A stretch of DNA of 63,285 nucleotides, the filler included, from Kipferlia bialata (Eukaryota): assembly GCA_003568945.1 (NCBI GenBank). It is 3 parts of 3 records of this genome, joined end to end, with 100 filler letters (N's around TTAATTAATTAA, not from the genome) between each part and the next. Parts side by side here need not be neighbours in the genome. Positions count along the whole stretch, not along the records: positions 21,151 to 42,191 come from BDIP01000343.1; 2 more parts are not named here. The stretch is one strand, 5' to 3'. Position numbers and translations under genes: made by a program. Each line of letters starts with the position of its first letter. The first letter of the stretch is position 1. Below are positions 25,925 to 37,017 of this stretch, piece after piece. The notes under the pieces are model-generated. The model did no database searches. It worked only from the letters and a program-made list of their open reading frames with translations, and had not been told where the DNA came from.

Positions 25925-27398
25925 CTAGTCATCATCTGGGTATTCCGCCTCCTTCTCATCGGATGTCTCATCCACAGGTAGACCCAGTGTCTCCCTCCAG
26001 TCCGTGTCCCACTCTATCAGCCTACCCCACCCCATCTGCTCACTCGGGTGGAGGAAAGACTCGTTGAGGGTGAGGATGGATGTCTCTTTCTCTTCCTCCC
26101 CAGCAAGAGGATACTGCCCCTCAGGATAGTCGAGACAGAGGATAGTGTTGAGAGTGAGACCAACACACTTGAGATCGGATGTGTTTTCACGGTCGCACAC
26201 GTGGCTCCAGTCGCCACTGATGGTGTCGTAGAGATGGAAGCCATTCTCACACCCTAGCAGAACGTGACGCCCAACGCTCTAGTGTAAGACATGGAGATAT
26301 ACATATAGGCTGGCATTTATCCTATACCAACAGCTTGTATGTACCGTACTCCTTATCTTCGTCAGTATATGTGGCACACAATGTGACTCAAGATACATTC
26401 ATACGACTCTCCGATATAAATATACAGACTATGATAGGAGTATGGATGTACCTTGGCGAATAGAGTCTGGCCCAATTTGTCCGATCCACCAGGACTCCTC
26501 ATCTCTGTCCACCCTCCTGGGAGTTAAGCTTCAGAATCACTTGTCATAGGTTAAAGCGTATGAAGAAACTACATGTGGTGACACCTTGTAGGGAGTATGT
26601 CCAGTGGGCCATATCCTCATATACCGTGGAACAGAAGATGTGCAGTGTATCCTCAATAACAGTGTGAGACACAGGAAGCCTAATATCCATCCCGAGCCGT
26701 GTATCCAGAGTCCAAGTCTCAGTGTCGGGATTATACCAGCATACAAATGGGTTACGCTTCAGGTAGGTTCTTGGTATAAACACGAACTGGTCCTCCAATA
26801 CACACGCCACAGGATCGCACATGGTACCGACGTCCACCTTGTGACCGTATGGAAACTCTACTCTGACTCCCTCTTTGTCTATGTACCCAGAGGGAGAGAA
26901 AATATACTCTATCGGCTCGGAGGTTGGGTCGGCTAGATCAATGAGGGTGATTATACCTTGCAGTGGCTTGTTTCCATGAAGGAGAGTTCCGATATTACTG
27001 TAGCCCGCTAGAATACCGTGCTGAGAGCACACGTCCCGACCGATGGTTCCAGTTCTCTCATTCAGGCTTGTGATATCAGACTGAACACCAGTGGTGAGAA
27101 CAGAAGTCTCATATGCGAATGTACACAGCTCTTGAGCGGAACGCTTCGTCCTGAGTGCTGCAACAAGAAGGAATCCAGCGGAACCGAGATCAGTCAAGGC
27201 ATGAGTGTCTCTTAGCCTAACTGCGGGCCGTGCCTCACTCATAGTCATGCGTCTGTGTCCGAATCCATCTTCCACAATCTCGTTCTGCATCTTCCTCCCA
27301 GGTAGGGGTAAGACACAAGGTGTGCTAATCATGGCATCCTCTTGCTCACTCCTTGCATCATCATGGGTATACTCACTCTCCCTCTCCCTACGTGACAT
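25925..27398 (-). CDS. Kelch-like beta-propeller family paralog B (3 exons)
   Basis: ATG at 27398, long first exon to ..HWTYSLQ, intron 26517-26584, exon GGWTEMRSPGGSDKLGQTLFAK, last exon SVGRHVLLGCENGFHLYDTISGDW...EYPDDD*. YxPxTxxW and YDxxxxxW motifs are kelch-like. Confidence 0.7.
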
Positions 27399-27714
27399 GA
27401 GAGGAACACTAGGCAATGCAGTCTGACGTGAGAAGTGTGCTATGATACAGAGCCAATTAGATTCCAATAATAATAAGAATCCAATTTACAATAACAATAA
27501 GAATCCAATTTAGACAGATACTAATTTAGAATCTAAGCCATTCCCCATACTCTGCTGATAAGTTGGGAGAAGAGGTGCCCTAATTGAAGTGAGTGCCTAA
27601 ATGTTTAAAGAATGGATACATTAGTGTAGAGAGAGAATCTCGCAGAGAGTGGAAGCTTGGCATTCTTTAAAGGCAGATACTCATTCTATAGCAGATACGC
27701 AACGAAACAAAGGG

Positions 27715-27774
27715 GCGGGGGTGGGGGGGGGGGGGGGGGGGGGGGGGGAAGGGGGGGGGGGGGGGGGGGGGGGG
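27715..27774. repeat. Poly-G tract
   Basis: About 55 nt almost entirely G. Similar tracts at ~6711-6766, ~19781-19797, ~34309-34360 and ~42152-42177. Confidence 0.85.
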
Positions 27775-27928
27775 CAATCGGAGAGGAGCCCGTGCAGAGA
27801 GATCTGCTGTACAACTCACCACAAATCACAGAATAACAAGTGATGTCAGTGTGTATAGAGACCAGCACTGACAAGTAGTACTATCTATATAGTACTATCT
27901 ATATAGTACTATCTATATATCTATATAC

Positions 27929-28673
27929 CTGACACCAGCCACGTTATCGATCCTCCTCTGGATGGTGGTGGTGGCCCTGCCACTCACGTTCTGCTCCACA
28001 ATGGAGGATATGTCGCCAGCAGAGTACACAGCCTGGGGTTGGGAGAAATATGTTGTGGATAGGGAGAGAAAGGGTATGTGGGGACACTAAACGGGAGATA
28101 CTCAAACCAAACCGATATAGTGTCAGACACTCGAATGGGGTGAGGGTACTCACATTCATCAATTAACAGTGGTATTATACTCCTAATACATAATAAGCCA
28201 CATATTATCCGGTACAATTGTATTTAGCCACGTATTGTACTCTGAGTAGTGAAGCCAAGAGAAAGGTGCTTAGTGGTACCAGAGTCACATACACCAGTTA
28301 ATTTCCCCTCTCCTTATACAGCCAAGACACCAAGATGATATACATGTTCACAAGCAGTCAGAGCTGCCTCCAACCTTCCTCTACTCCCTGTACCCTACCT
28401 GGGTCATAGACCAGTGAGCAGCAGACATCACTCCATCCATTGCCTCCTTCTCCTGACGGATCTGGTTCTGCAGCCGCCTGAAACGAGCACTCAGGGCATC
28501 AGCCTTCTTCTTCAGAAGGGAGTGACCCTTCTGGGCAGATACCCGGCGCAGCTTCAACGCCTGCAAGTTCCTGTATGAGAATACAACTTCTCAATGTCGA
28601 TAATAACAGGCATGCTGGGCTAGAAAACATACATGCGTGTTGGAAGGACATTAGCGAGGCGTTTGTCAGACAT
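27929..28673 (-). CDS. ATP6V1D: V-type ATPase subunit D, N-terminal ~105 codons only
   Basis: Exons 28673-28633 MSDKRLANVLPTRM, 28570-28399 NLQALKLRRVSAQKGHSLLKKKADALSARFR..., 28032-27929 AVYSAGDISSIVEQNV...IDNVAGV. These carry the canonical GHSLLKKKADAL and NVAGV motifs. No further exons found. Confidence 0.9.
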
Positions 28674-28933
28674 CCTGGTGGCTTTCTGTCGTGCTTGGGA
28701 GGAGCTAAGGCTGGAACACTGGAGTGGCTACACCCTTTTGAAGAAAAAGTCCTGGAAAAGGGTATAGGACATGTTTTTGCATGATGACATAGCGAGTCAG
28801 CTGTGTCTTCTCTTAGGAAACAAGGTTTGTATTCGCTGATGACAGTGTTTTTTGTTCAATGCAGTGCTATATTGGGTTCCTGATGGATTTTAATCCCTTG
28901 TATTCTGTCTATGTTCCACTCCTAACCCCGTAG
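28674..28933. promoter_or_regulatory. Probable bidirectional promoter region
   Basis: 260 bp between the divergent ATGs of V-ATPase D (28673) and cyclophilin B (28934). The cyclophilin ATG directly follows CTAACCCCGTAG, which suggests a 5'UTR intron. Confidence 0.5.
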
Positions 28934-29991
28934 ATGCGTCTGATCACATTTGTTTTGGCTGCCCTCCTTCTGGCGAGCGTTGTCTCTGCCAAGAAGAGCG
29001 CAAAGATCACCGAGCAGGTAGGTTTATGGTCTGTAATGCCTGGCTGTTGTGTATCCAGAGTTGCGTAGTGTTATTGTCTGTATTTCAATCGTGACATGCC
29101 TTGTCAGTGTCTGTATACCACTGCTCCCTTTGAAGTATTCCTGATCCTCAGGTGTACTTTGACATGGAGCAGGACGGCAAGAGCCTCGGCCGCATCACCA
29201 TCGGCCTCTACGGTGACGATGTCCCCAAGGTGTGTTGCTGTTGACTCTCACTGGCAGTCTCTGGACCTGTCTGCTTGTTCTCACCCCAGACTGTCGAGAA
29301 CTTCAAGCAGCTGTGCGACGGAACCCCCGGGTTCGGATACGAGAACTCCAAGTTCCACCGTGTCATCAAGAACTTCATGATCCAGGGCGGAGACTTCACC
29401 AGGTACCCTTATCCTCTCGTGTTTGTGTCTTCTCCCAGTGATATGTATCTGCGTGTATATCTGACTTCAGGGGTGACGGAACCGGCGGCAAGTCCATCTA
29501 CGGCAACAAGTTTGAGGTAGGGCTAGAGAACCGCATTGCTGTATAAGAGCAGAGTCACCTCAATTCGTATTAACTTGTATATGTACTCACTTTAGGACGA
29601 GAACTTCAAGATCAAGCACTCCATCGGCGCTCTCTCCATGGCCAATGCCGGGGCCAACACCAACGGATCCCAGTTCTTCCTGACCACTGCCAACACCTCC
29701 TGGCTCGGTACGATGCATTGTTTGTAGTATTCTCTTCTTCCTCTCTCTGTATATACGCCTATTCACCGTCAGACGGACGCCACGTTGTGTTCGGCCACGT
29801 TGTGGACGGCATGGACGTTGTCAGGGCCATCGAGGGCACATCCACCAATGCCAGGTATGATGCAGTATTGTTCGTGTGTAATAGTGTGCTTTCTCGAGTA
29901 TCCTAACTCCAGGGACAAGCCTCTCAAGGACGTCATCATCAGGTCCAGCGGTGTCCTGGAGACCCCTTCTCCCTTCACCATCGAGATCTAA
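28934..29991 (+). CDS. PPIB: Cyclophilin B-type peptidyl-prolyl cis-trans isomerase with signal peptide (7 exons)
   Basis: [19 protein letters not shown] signal. [85 protein letters not shown]. Stop TAA at 29989-29991. Confidence 0.95.
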
Positions 29992-30324
29992 GGTCGCAAT
30001 GACTCTACACTCTATTTGAGTGATCTGATTTGAATAGAGTTCTTGTTTGGGTGTCGTTTTCATTGGAATCCGAGGGTCTACATAACTTATCCTGATGTTG
30101 TACCAGGCCTAGTAGTTCAAAACACTTACTGCAGGATTGTTGTTATACAATCGTCATACTCAGTAGATGCATTCTTACTGACTATACTGAGACCGATAGG
30201 AACTTCCTGTTAGGAAGCACCGGCAAAGAGCCGCTCTTTAAGAGCGTAGAAATCTCTACAAACCCTTTCAGACTTTGCCAAAAACACAGAAGAATCGAAT
30301 CGCACCTCTCTGGGTAAGTAGGAC

Positions 30325-33171
30325 ATGGAGAACGAGCAGGTCCAGGAAGTGGAGTTCAAGGAGGAGGAGATGGGAGTACGTAAGTGTTTCTATGTTCATT
30401 TTGGGCACTATTTGCCCAGATTCTGAGTCTGGAGACGATTTCTCTTTCTATCCTCGTCGGCACGCGCTCTTGGAGCATGCATATACTCTTTTTCTGTATA
30501 CAGATGCGCTAGGGGATATGTAAAGCCGTATTTGGGTGTTTCGACTGACCTATGTTTGCCAGATCTAGCTTCCTTGTTTCACTCACTCCCTTACCCCAGG
30601 TCGCAGTGATTGCTGCTCTCCTTGATCACCTGGGTTTCAAGACCACCTCTGCCGCTCTGATCGCTGAGTATGACACCTACCCCGAGGGAAAGACCACCGT
30701 ACGTGTTCATATAGATGTGGTATAGGTCACTCCAATAGTAGATGTGTGGATCTGCATGTGTATCAAACCCCCCACCCCAGGACATGATGGCCATCAACGA
30801 CTTCTTCGTCCACCTCCAGCAGGAGGCTGGCGCTGATGCCGTGCCCATGGAGGATGAGGACGTCCCAATGACTACCTCTGAGGAGGTACTTCCCCTTCTG
30901 TCCATGGTCTTTGTATACTAAGAGTGACCTTCGTCAGTATTCGTTCACTCACTGTCAGAAGGAGGACGAGGAGGAGTCCTCTACCTCTGAGGAGTCTTCC
31001 TCTTCCGAGGAGTCCTCCTCTTCTGAGGAGGAGGAGAAGGTCGAGGAGGAGTCTTCTTCCTCTGAGGAGGAGGGTGATGTCGAGATGTCCGAGAAGAAGG
31101 TATGTACAACTACTCAGTCTCAGCGTCCTGGCCTCCATCCATCTTTATGTATCAGTGTCAATGTGTCTCATCCCATGCTATGACTGTGGAGGAGCACAAC
31201 ATTCTCTTCCAGAGACTAACTGGCAAGGACCCCAAGGTGACACTCCATCTCTCTCTTTCCCTCCCTCTCTCTCTCTCTCTCTACACCCCTATGTGTCTCT
31301 GTGTGTCTCTGCCTCATGCCCAGGTTGTGTCTGACGAGATGTCCGAGACAGAGGAGGAGGTCGAGGAGGCACCCAAGGTACATGCATCACATACATGCAT
31401 CACATACATGGAGACACTCTCGGCAGTGCACACATACTCCTTACCTCAGGCTGTCGTCCCCGTGAAGGCTGCTGAGAAGGAGGAGTCCTCTGAGGAGGAG
31501 TCCTCCTCTTCCGAGGAGTCCAGCTCTGAGGAGGTATGGAATGATTCAGTTTGATGCATGTACTCTGATATATGACACACTCACCTCAGGAGTCTTCTTC
31601 CGAGGAGTCCTCTAGCTCTGAGGAGGAGTCTTCCTCTTCCGAGGAGGAGGAGGAGGCCCCCAAGGTGTGTTTACCTCCCTGTTCTGTGTTCTGCTCCATT
31701 GTGTTGACTTCCACAGTACTGTCCACTTACACATAGGCTGCTGCCCCCGCCAAGGCCGCTGAGAAGGAGGAGGAGTCTTCTGAGGAGGAGTCCAGCTCTT
31801 CTGAGGAGTCTTCCTCTTCCGAGGAGTCCTCTANNNNNNNNNNNNNNNNNNNNNNNNNNNNNNNNNNNNNNNTCCGAGGAGTCCTCTAGCTCTGAGGAGG
31901 AGTCTTCTTCCTCTGAGGAGGAGGAGGAGGCTGCCCCTGCCGAGGCTGCCCCTGCCAAGGAGGACGAGGTACACACAGCTCTATATTATACTACACCACA
32001 ATCCCTAATGTCTCACTGGTCATGACATATCTCACACAGGAGTCCTCCAGCTCTGAGGAGTCTTCCTCTTCTGAGGAGTCCAGCTCTTCTGAGGTGAGCC
32101 CACACAATTTGGTACATCGCAGGATGTATTCACCTTCAACCCATGCCCTCATCCCTAGGAGTCCTCCAGCTCTGAGGAGGAGTCCTCTTCTTCCGAGGAG
32201 GAGGAGGAGAAGAAGGTCGACACCCCCATGGAGCCCAAGGTATTGCCACTCTGCTCAATGGGTATCTGTCTCTGTGTATAGTGTGACCCTGCTTCCTGCC
32301 TACCCCCCTCATCCCCAGGCTGCTGAGAAGGAGGAGTCCTCTGACGATGAGGAGTCTTCCTCTTCCGAGGTATGTGTGGATACTCACCACTTTCACCGCC
32401 GAAGTATATGCCTGCATACTACATACGCGTACTACCTCTCACCCACCAGGAGTCTTCTTCCTCTGAGGAGTCCTCCAGCGAGAGCTCTTCCTCCGAGGAG
32501 TCTGAGTCCGAGTCTGAGTCCGGATCTGACTCTGAGGCCACTGTCGAAGAGGACTTCACCCCCACCGAGATCAAGGTACACATACACATTCTTTCTCTCT
32601 TACACTCACCACTTCTGTCTTTGTAGTAGTGCCTATCCAGCCCCTCACCCCCAGGAGCTGAAGAGAGGCACTGCCGCCAAGAGGGCCGCTGCCATCGCCG
32701 CTGCCCAGCCAGCTGCCAAGAGGTGCGTGGCATGTGTCATATAACATACACGGCTTACACTATACACTGTGTGTCTCACTGTAGGGCCCCCAAGGCCACC
32801 CCCAAGGCTGTCAAGCAGACACCCAGGTCCAAGAAGCAGACACCCAGGGCTACCCCCTCCAGGTACACTAAAATACCAATCTCTCTCTCCCCCACCCCCA
32901 CCTCTCTCTCCGTCTCTGACCCTAGGCACTCCTACGACGAGGGCGTCGTTGGGCCCAACAAGAACCTCAACAACAGGCTCCAGGCCACCAAGGGCCAGGG
33001 CTACAGGTGGGTGGTGCATCTGGTGCATATTCCCTGTTATGTAGTATGTATGTAGTATGTATGTAGTGCATATATGCTTCTCCTCCTCACCTCAGGACTG
33101 AGAAGGGCAAGCGCAAGAGAGGTGGCTTCGTGGGAGGCATCGCCGATGGGGTGAGGTCCCAGGCTCTCTAA
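30325..33171 (+). CDS. NOLC1: Nopp140/Srp40-like nucleolar phosphoprotein
   Basis: N-terminal LisH-like VIAALLDHLGFKTTSAALIAE. Alternating EESSSSEE acidic-serine and Ala/Pro/Lys blocks. SRP40_C-like end TKGQGYRTEKGKRKRGGFVGGIADGVRSQAL*. Confidence 0.85.
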
Positions 33172-33364
33172 GCATCCCCTGTGCATGTGTGTGTGTGAGG
33201 GTGTGTAGACTCTGTTGTTGTTGTTGCTCTGATGGGTGTGGGTCGTCCCAGGGCTATTACTCGGCCACTTTAATGGTATTGTTTCCGTAAATAGATTGTT
33301 TCGCTAGATGCATGGGTGTTTTCGTTGATATATCTATTTCATTGACTGGCTGTTACCAGAGTAA

Positions 33365-34306
33365 TCATGCTACCTCTGCCTCACCCTCCTGGGTCTCTCT
33401 CTCCTCTCTCTCCCTTCCCCCCTCTCCCTCCTCCTCCCCCCCTACCACTGCCACTGATGCCCCCTCTGCCTCCCCCACCTCTCCCTGGGGGTGGTCCTCG
33501 GGGGGCATCGTGTAGTCCACAGTGTGCACCACTGGGGATGAGAGGCATGATATACTTGAGACTGTACAAGGTATGGGCTCTCTACACACATACACCCACC
33601 TGAGCTTGTCTGGCCCACCTCAAACACATCTCCATCCAGACCAGAGACTAGGGTTAGAGAGACACTTGGATACATACTCCTATAGACATGTGTGTGTACT
33701 AGGATGCACCCACCCCCCACGTTGACCTGCTCCTCTGCGGCCCCAGACACAAGCTCAGGGGGGAGGCTGCCTAGGGGGTCAGTGCACACACTCAATACTC
33801 ACAGAGACACTACGTCTTCTTCCCGCCTACCTGCCTTTGCCTTTGACTCCTTGGCCAGTCTGTTCACAAACACGCCCACGTGGAGACAGGCAGAGCGGAG
33901 GCCTGGGGTGGGGAGACACCACATATGGCACATGACAGTACACTCACCCTTGGATGCCTTCTGCACCCCCTCGTTCTCCTGCATCCACATCTTGGTCTCA
34001 GTCACGGCCTTGCTCCTGGGGGGTGAGGGTAAGTACTAGGCCAAGAAGTATATCGTGTAGTTGGGGTATCGTATTCACAATATATGAATGGGATATACTC
34101 ACCTGCCCAGTGCGTCCACCCCACGCTGCAGCCCCTTGGCAACTTCCTGAGGGTAAGGGGACAGAGACAGAGAGCGAGAGAGAGAGAGAGAGAAGAAGAA
34201 GAGACAGGCCCCACCTCTGTGGCCTGTGGGAACCCGGTGTGTCTGAATGCCTCTCTGGTTGCCTCTGCACCCTCAGACACAGTGGCAGACACATTGTCAA
34301 GCACAC
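33365..34306 (-). CDS. Hypothetical protein (5' exons uncertain, possibly up to ~34919)
   Basis: Exons VLDNVSATVSEGAEATREAFRHTGFPQATE/EVAKGLQRGVDALG/SKAVTETKMWMQENEGVQKASK/GLRSACLHVGVFVNRLAKESKAKA/... with an acidic tail ending EGEAEVA*. Confidence 0.55.
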
Positions 34307-34315
34307 CTGGGGGGG

Positions 34316-34361
<46 letters not shown>

Positions 34362-35081
34362 ATGTACATATGTGAATAGTACAATGTAATCCAATGCTAG
34401 TATAATAATGATAGTCAGGGTATGAATATGAGTATAGTGGTACCGAGTCCTACGTATAATGAACACTGGGGGGTGAGTGAACCAGCTCAATACAAGCATG
34501 GATTATAGGTGTTGGAGGTTATCGAATGGCACGAAGGCGGGCGGGGGGGGGGGGGGGTTATAATCACTCATATCACATATATACATGTGTGCCGTGATAT
34601 ATGCCAAATATTTACATACACATCAGTGGGACATATCATTGCAGACTCAATATCACTTCCGTATCCCGCAATACGCTCACGACCACAATCACCCTTCTCC
34701 ATAGCCATATATCATATACCAACATATTCCTATTGCACCTGGAGTACAATGCCTAGGTTCTGTCTCTTTGGAGCTCCAACACAAAAGGTAGTAGAGGTTG
34801 ACGGTAAGGTCTGAACAAGTCCTACCTTTATTCGCAAATGTAGCAAAAGTCCCGTACCCAAGACTCAGCATTTGGCTATAAATAGATATCACCCAGGAGT
34901 AGGCCCCCGCCCTCACCATCTTGGTAGGGGATGTCAACAGTCCTAAACTCCCATCTCTATTCACAGCATACACTCATACCTCAAAACACAATGACATACA
35001 GACACTTTGCAAATGAACACCAAATGATTCCCCTCCCTCTCCATCACTATGGATGTACTCTGTACCGGCTCTCAGTGTCCC

Positions 35082-36986
35082 TCAACCGTTGTGGTGCCAT
35101 ATACATATACATATATCTATATACATGCCCTCAGTGCCCCATGTGCCGTGTGGGTCTGGGGTACTCAGAGGTAGCCTGCCAGTCTGGGGTGAAGAGTAGC
35201 ATACATAGGTCTATACATATACCCATGGATATACATAGCTATATAACACCCACCTAGTATGAGCTGCCTCCAGTTGTCAGGGATGGGACACTGCCACCCA
35301 TCAATCTCACGGATACCGTCCTGATAATGAGATGGGCACTCAAACAGAGGCAACACAACAGATATATTACACCGCCCTCAGTATATATATATCTATATCA
35401 GATATAGACTATATCTACCTGTGTAATCAGGTCGAATCTCTGCTTCATCTCACTGTATGTGAAAGGTAGCAGGGTGTTGGGATCCACAGTCTCAAGGCCA
35501 ATGCCTGGTGGTTATAGGGTATATGAGTGTATACGCACACATGAATTCATAAAATTGTAATATGATTGTAAACAAGTACGCAACCGTGTAGTCTCAAGAC
35601 CAATGCCTAGTAGGGTACACATAAAAGGAGACACAATTGTCCATATGATGCATATAAATATGTGGATGATATGATATATGGGTGGGGGGAACACTCTCGC
35701 AACACACATAATATTCTTCATTCATGTATATTCATCCACTAACCTAGCCTGTCTGTGCCATACCACCCTATGTTCTTGTCCATGTCGTCTATGAAGGTGG
35801 GGTCGAAGTGACCACAGTACGTGTCCATCGTGATGATACTGGCATTAAGGGTGGAGAGAGAGAGAGAGAAAGAATAGAGCCAAACTGAATATCCATAGTG
35901 ATGATCCTCAGATTTAGTGTGGAAAGTACACATACGCATATACAGAGACACATATACATGCCTATCAACGTCTGTCTGTGCTATCAAGTCAGGGTTGATG
36001 AACTCAGGGTCCCAATGGAACACATCCACCTGGCATGAGTGTGATAGAGTGTATCACCAATGAAGATACTATGTTCTTACTATATTCTTACTATTATATG
36101 CATATATATATATGTTGATGAATTCTGGGTTCCTTGAGAACAGATCGGCCTGGAGTCAGGTCATGTCATATATCATGTGATATAGGGAATACATCAACCT
36201 GGATAGAGGGAGTGAGGGTAGGTGTGAGTAAATGTATCCATATACACTGTATCACATAGTGTACCTGCAATTCCAGTTCAGCCTCGTGCAATGCCTGTGA
36301 GAACATGGCTAGGAAAGAGGCAAAGTCAATGCCGTCCTGGTCTAGAGTGAGAGGTGTGGGATATAGAGATAGGGAGAGAGAAGGAGATAGACTGACAAGG
36401 GAGGTGGCATTTTGAATGTCTTCCTGGTCAGTATGAGAGGGAATGTGTGTAAATACATGTGTAAAGGAAAGAGTGGGACGGGTAGGTAGCAAGCACGGTG
36501 ATGCATAGTCAATCCTGCCCGGTGTGTTCCTATCACATATAGTACACCATATACATACCTAACATGTCAGCGGGTTCAATATAGATAAAGTATATGTGGT
36601 ACCCTGGGCACTATATCGTATATATACAAGTATATATCACATATATAGATATATATATGATATATACCTATACCTATATCTATATATATATCTATATCTA
36701 TATATCTATATATATAGATACATACCCTGCATGTCTGCTGGCTCAAAGTCTACGTTGTACCCTGGATACCCGTTGATTCTGGCAGTCTGTAGGGCATGGG
36801 AGATGAAGGGCTGGACGTGAGTTGAGGTAAAGTACAGTTATACACACTCTCTCTATCACTATGTATTGGTAACATATATACCTCTGGGTCACTGAAGAGC
36901 TGTCTCAGTCTGGCAGGGTCTCTACATGTGATCATGGGCCAGGAGGTGTATCCCATGCTAAGGTTAGTATATACACATATATATAT

Positions 36987-37017
<31 letters not shown>

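Noticed and set aside
34309..34360. Poly-G tracts as functional G-quadruplexes or poly-Gly/Pro coding
   Set aside because: They are intronic or intergenic homopolymers of unreliable length, and function cannot be supported from sequence alone.
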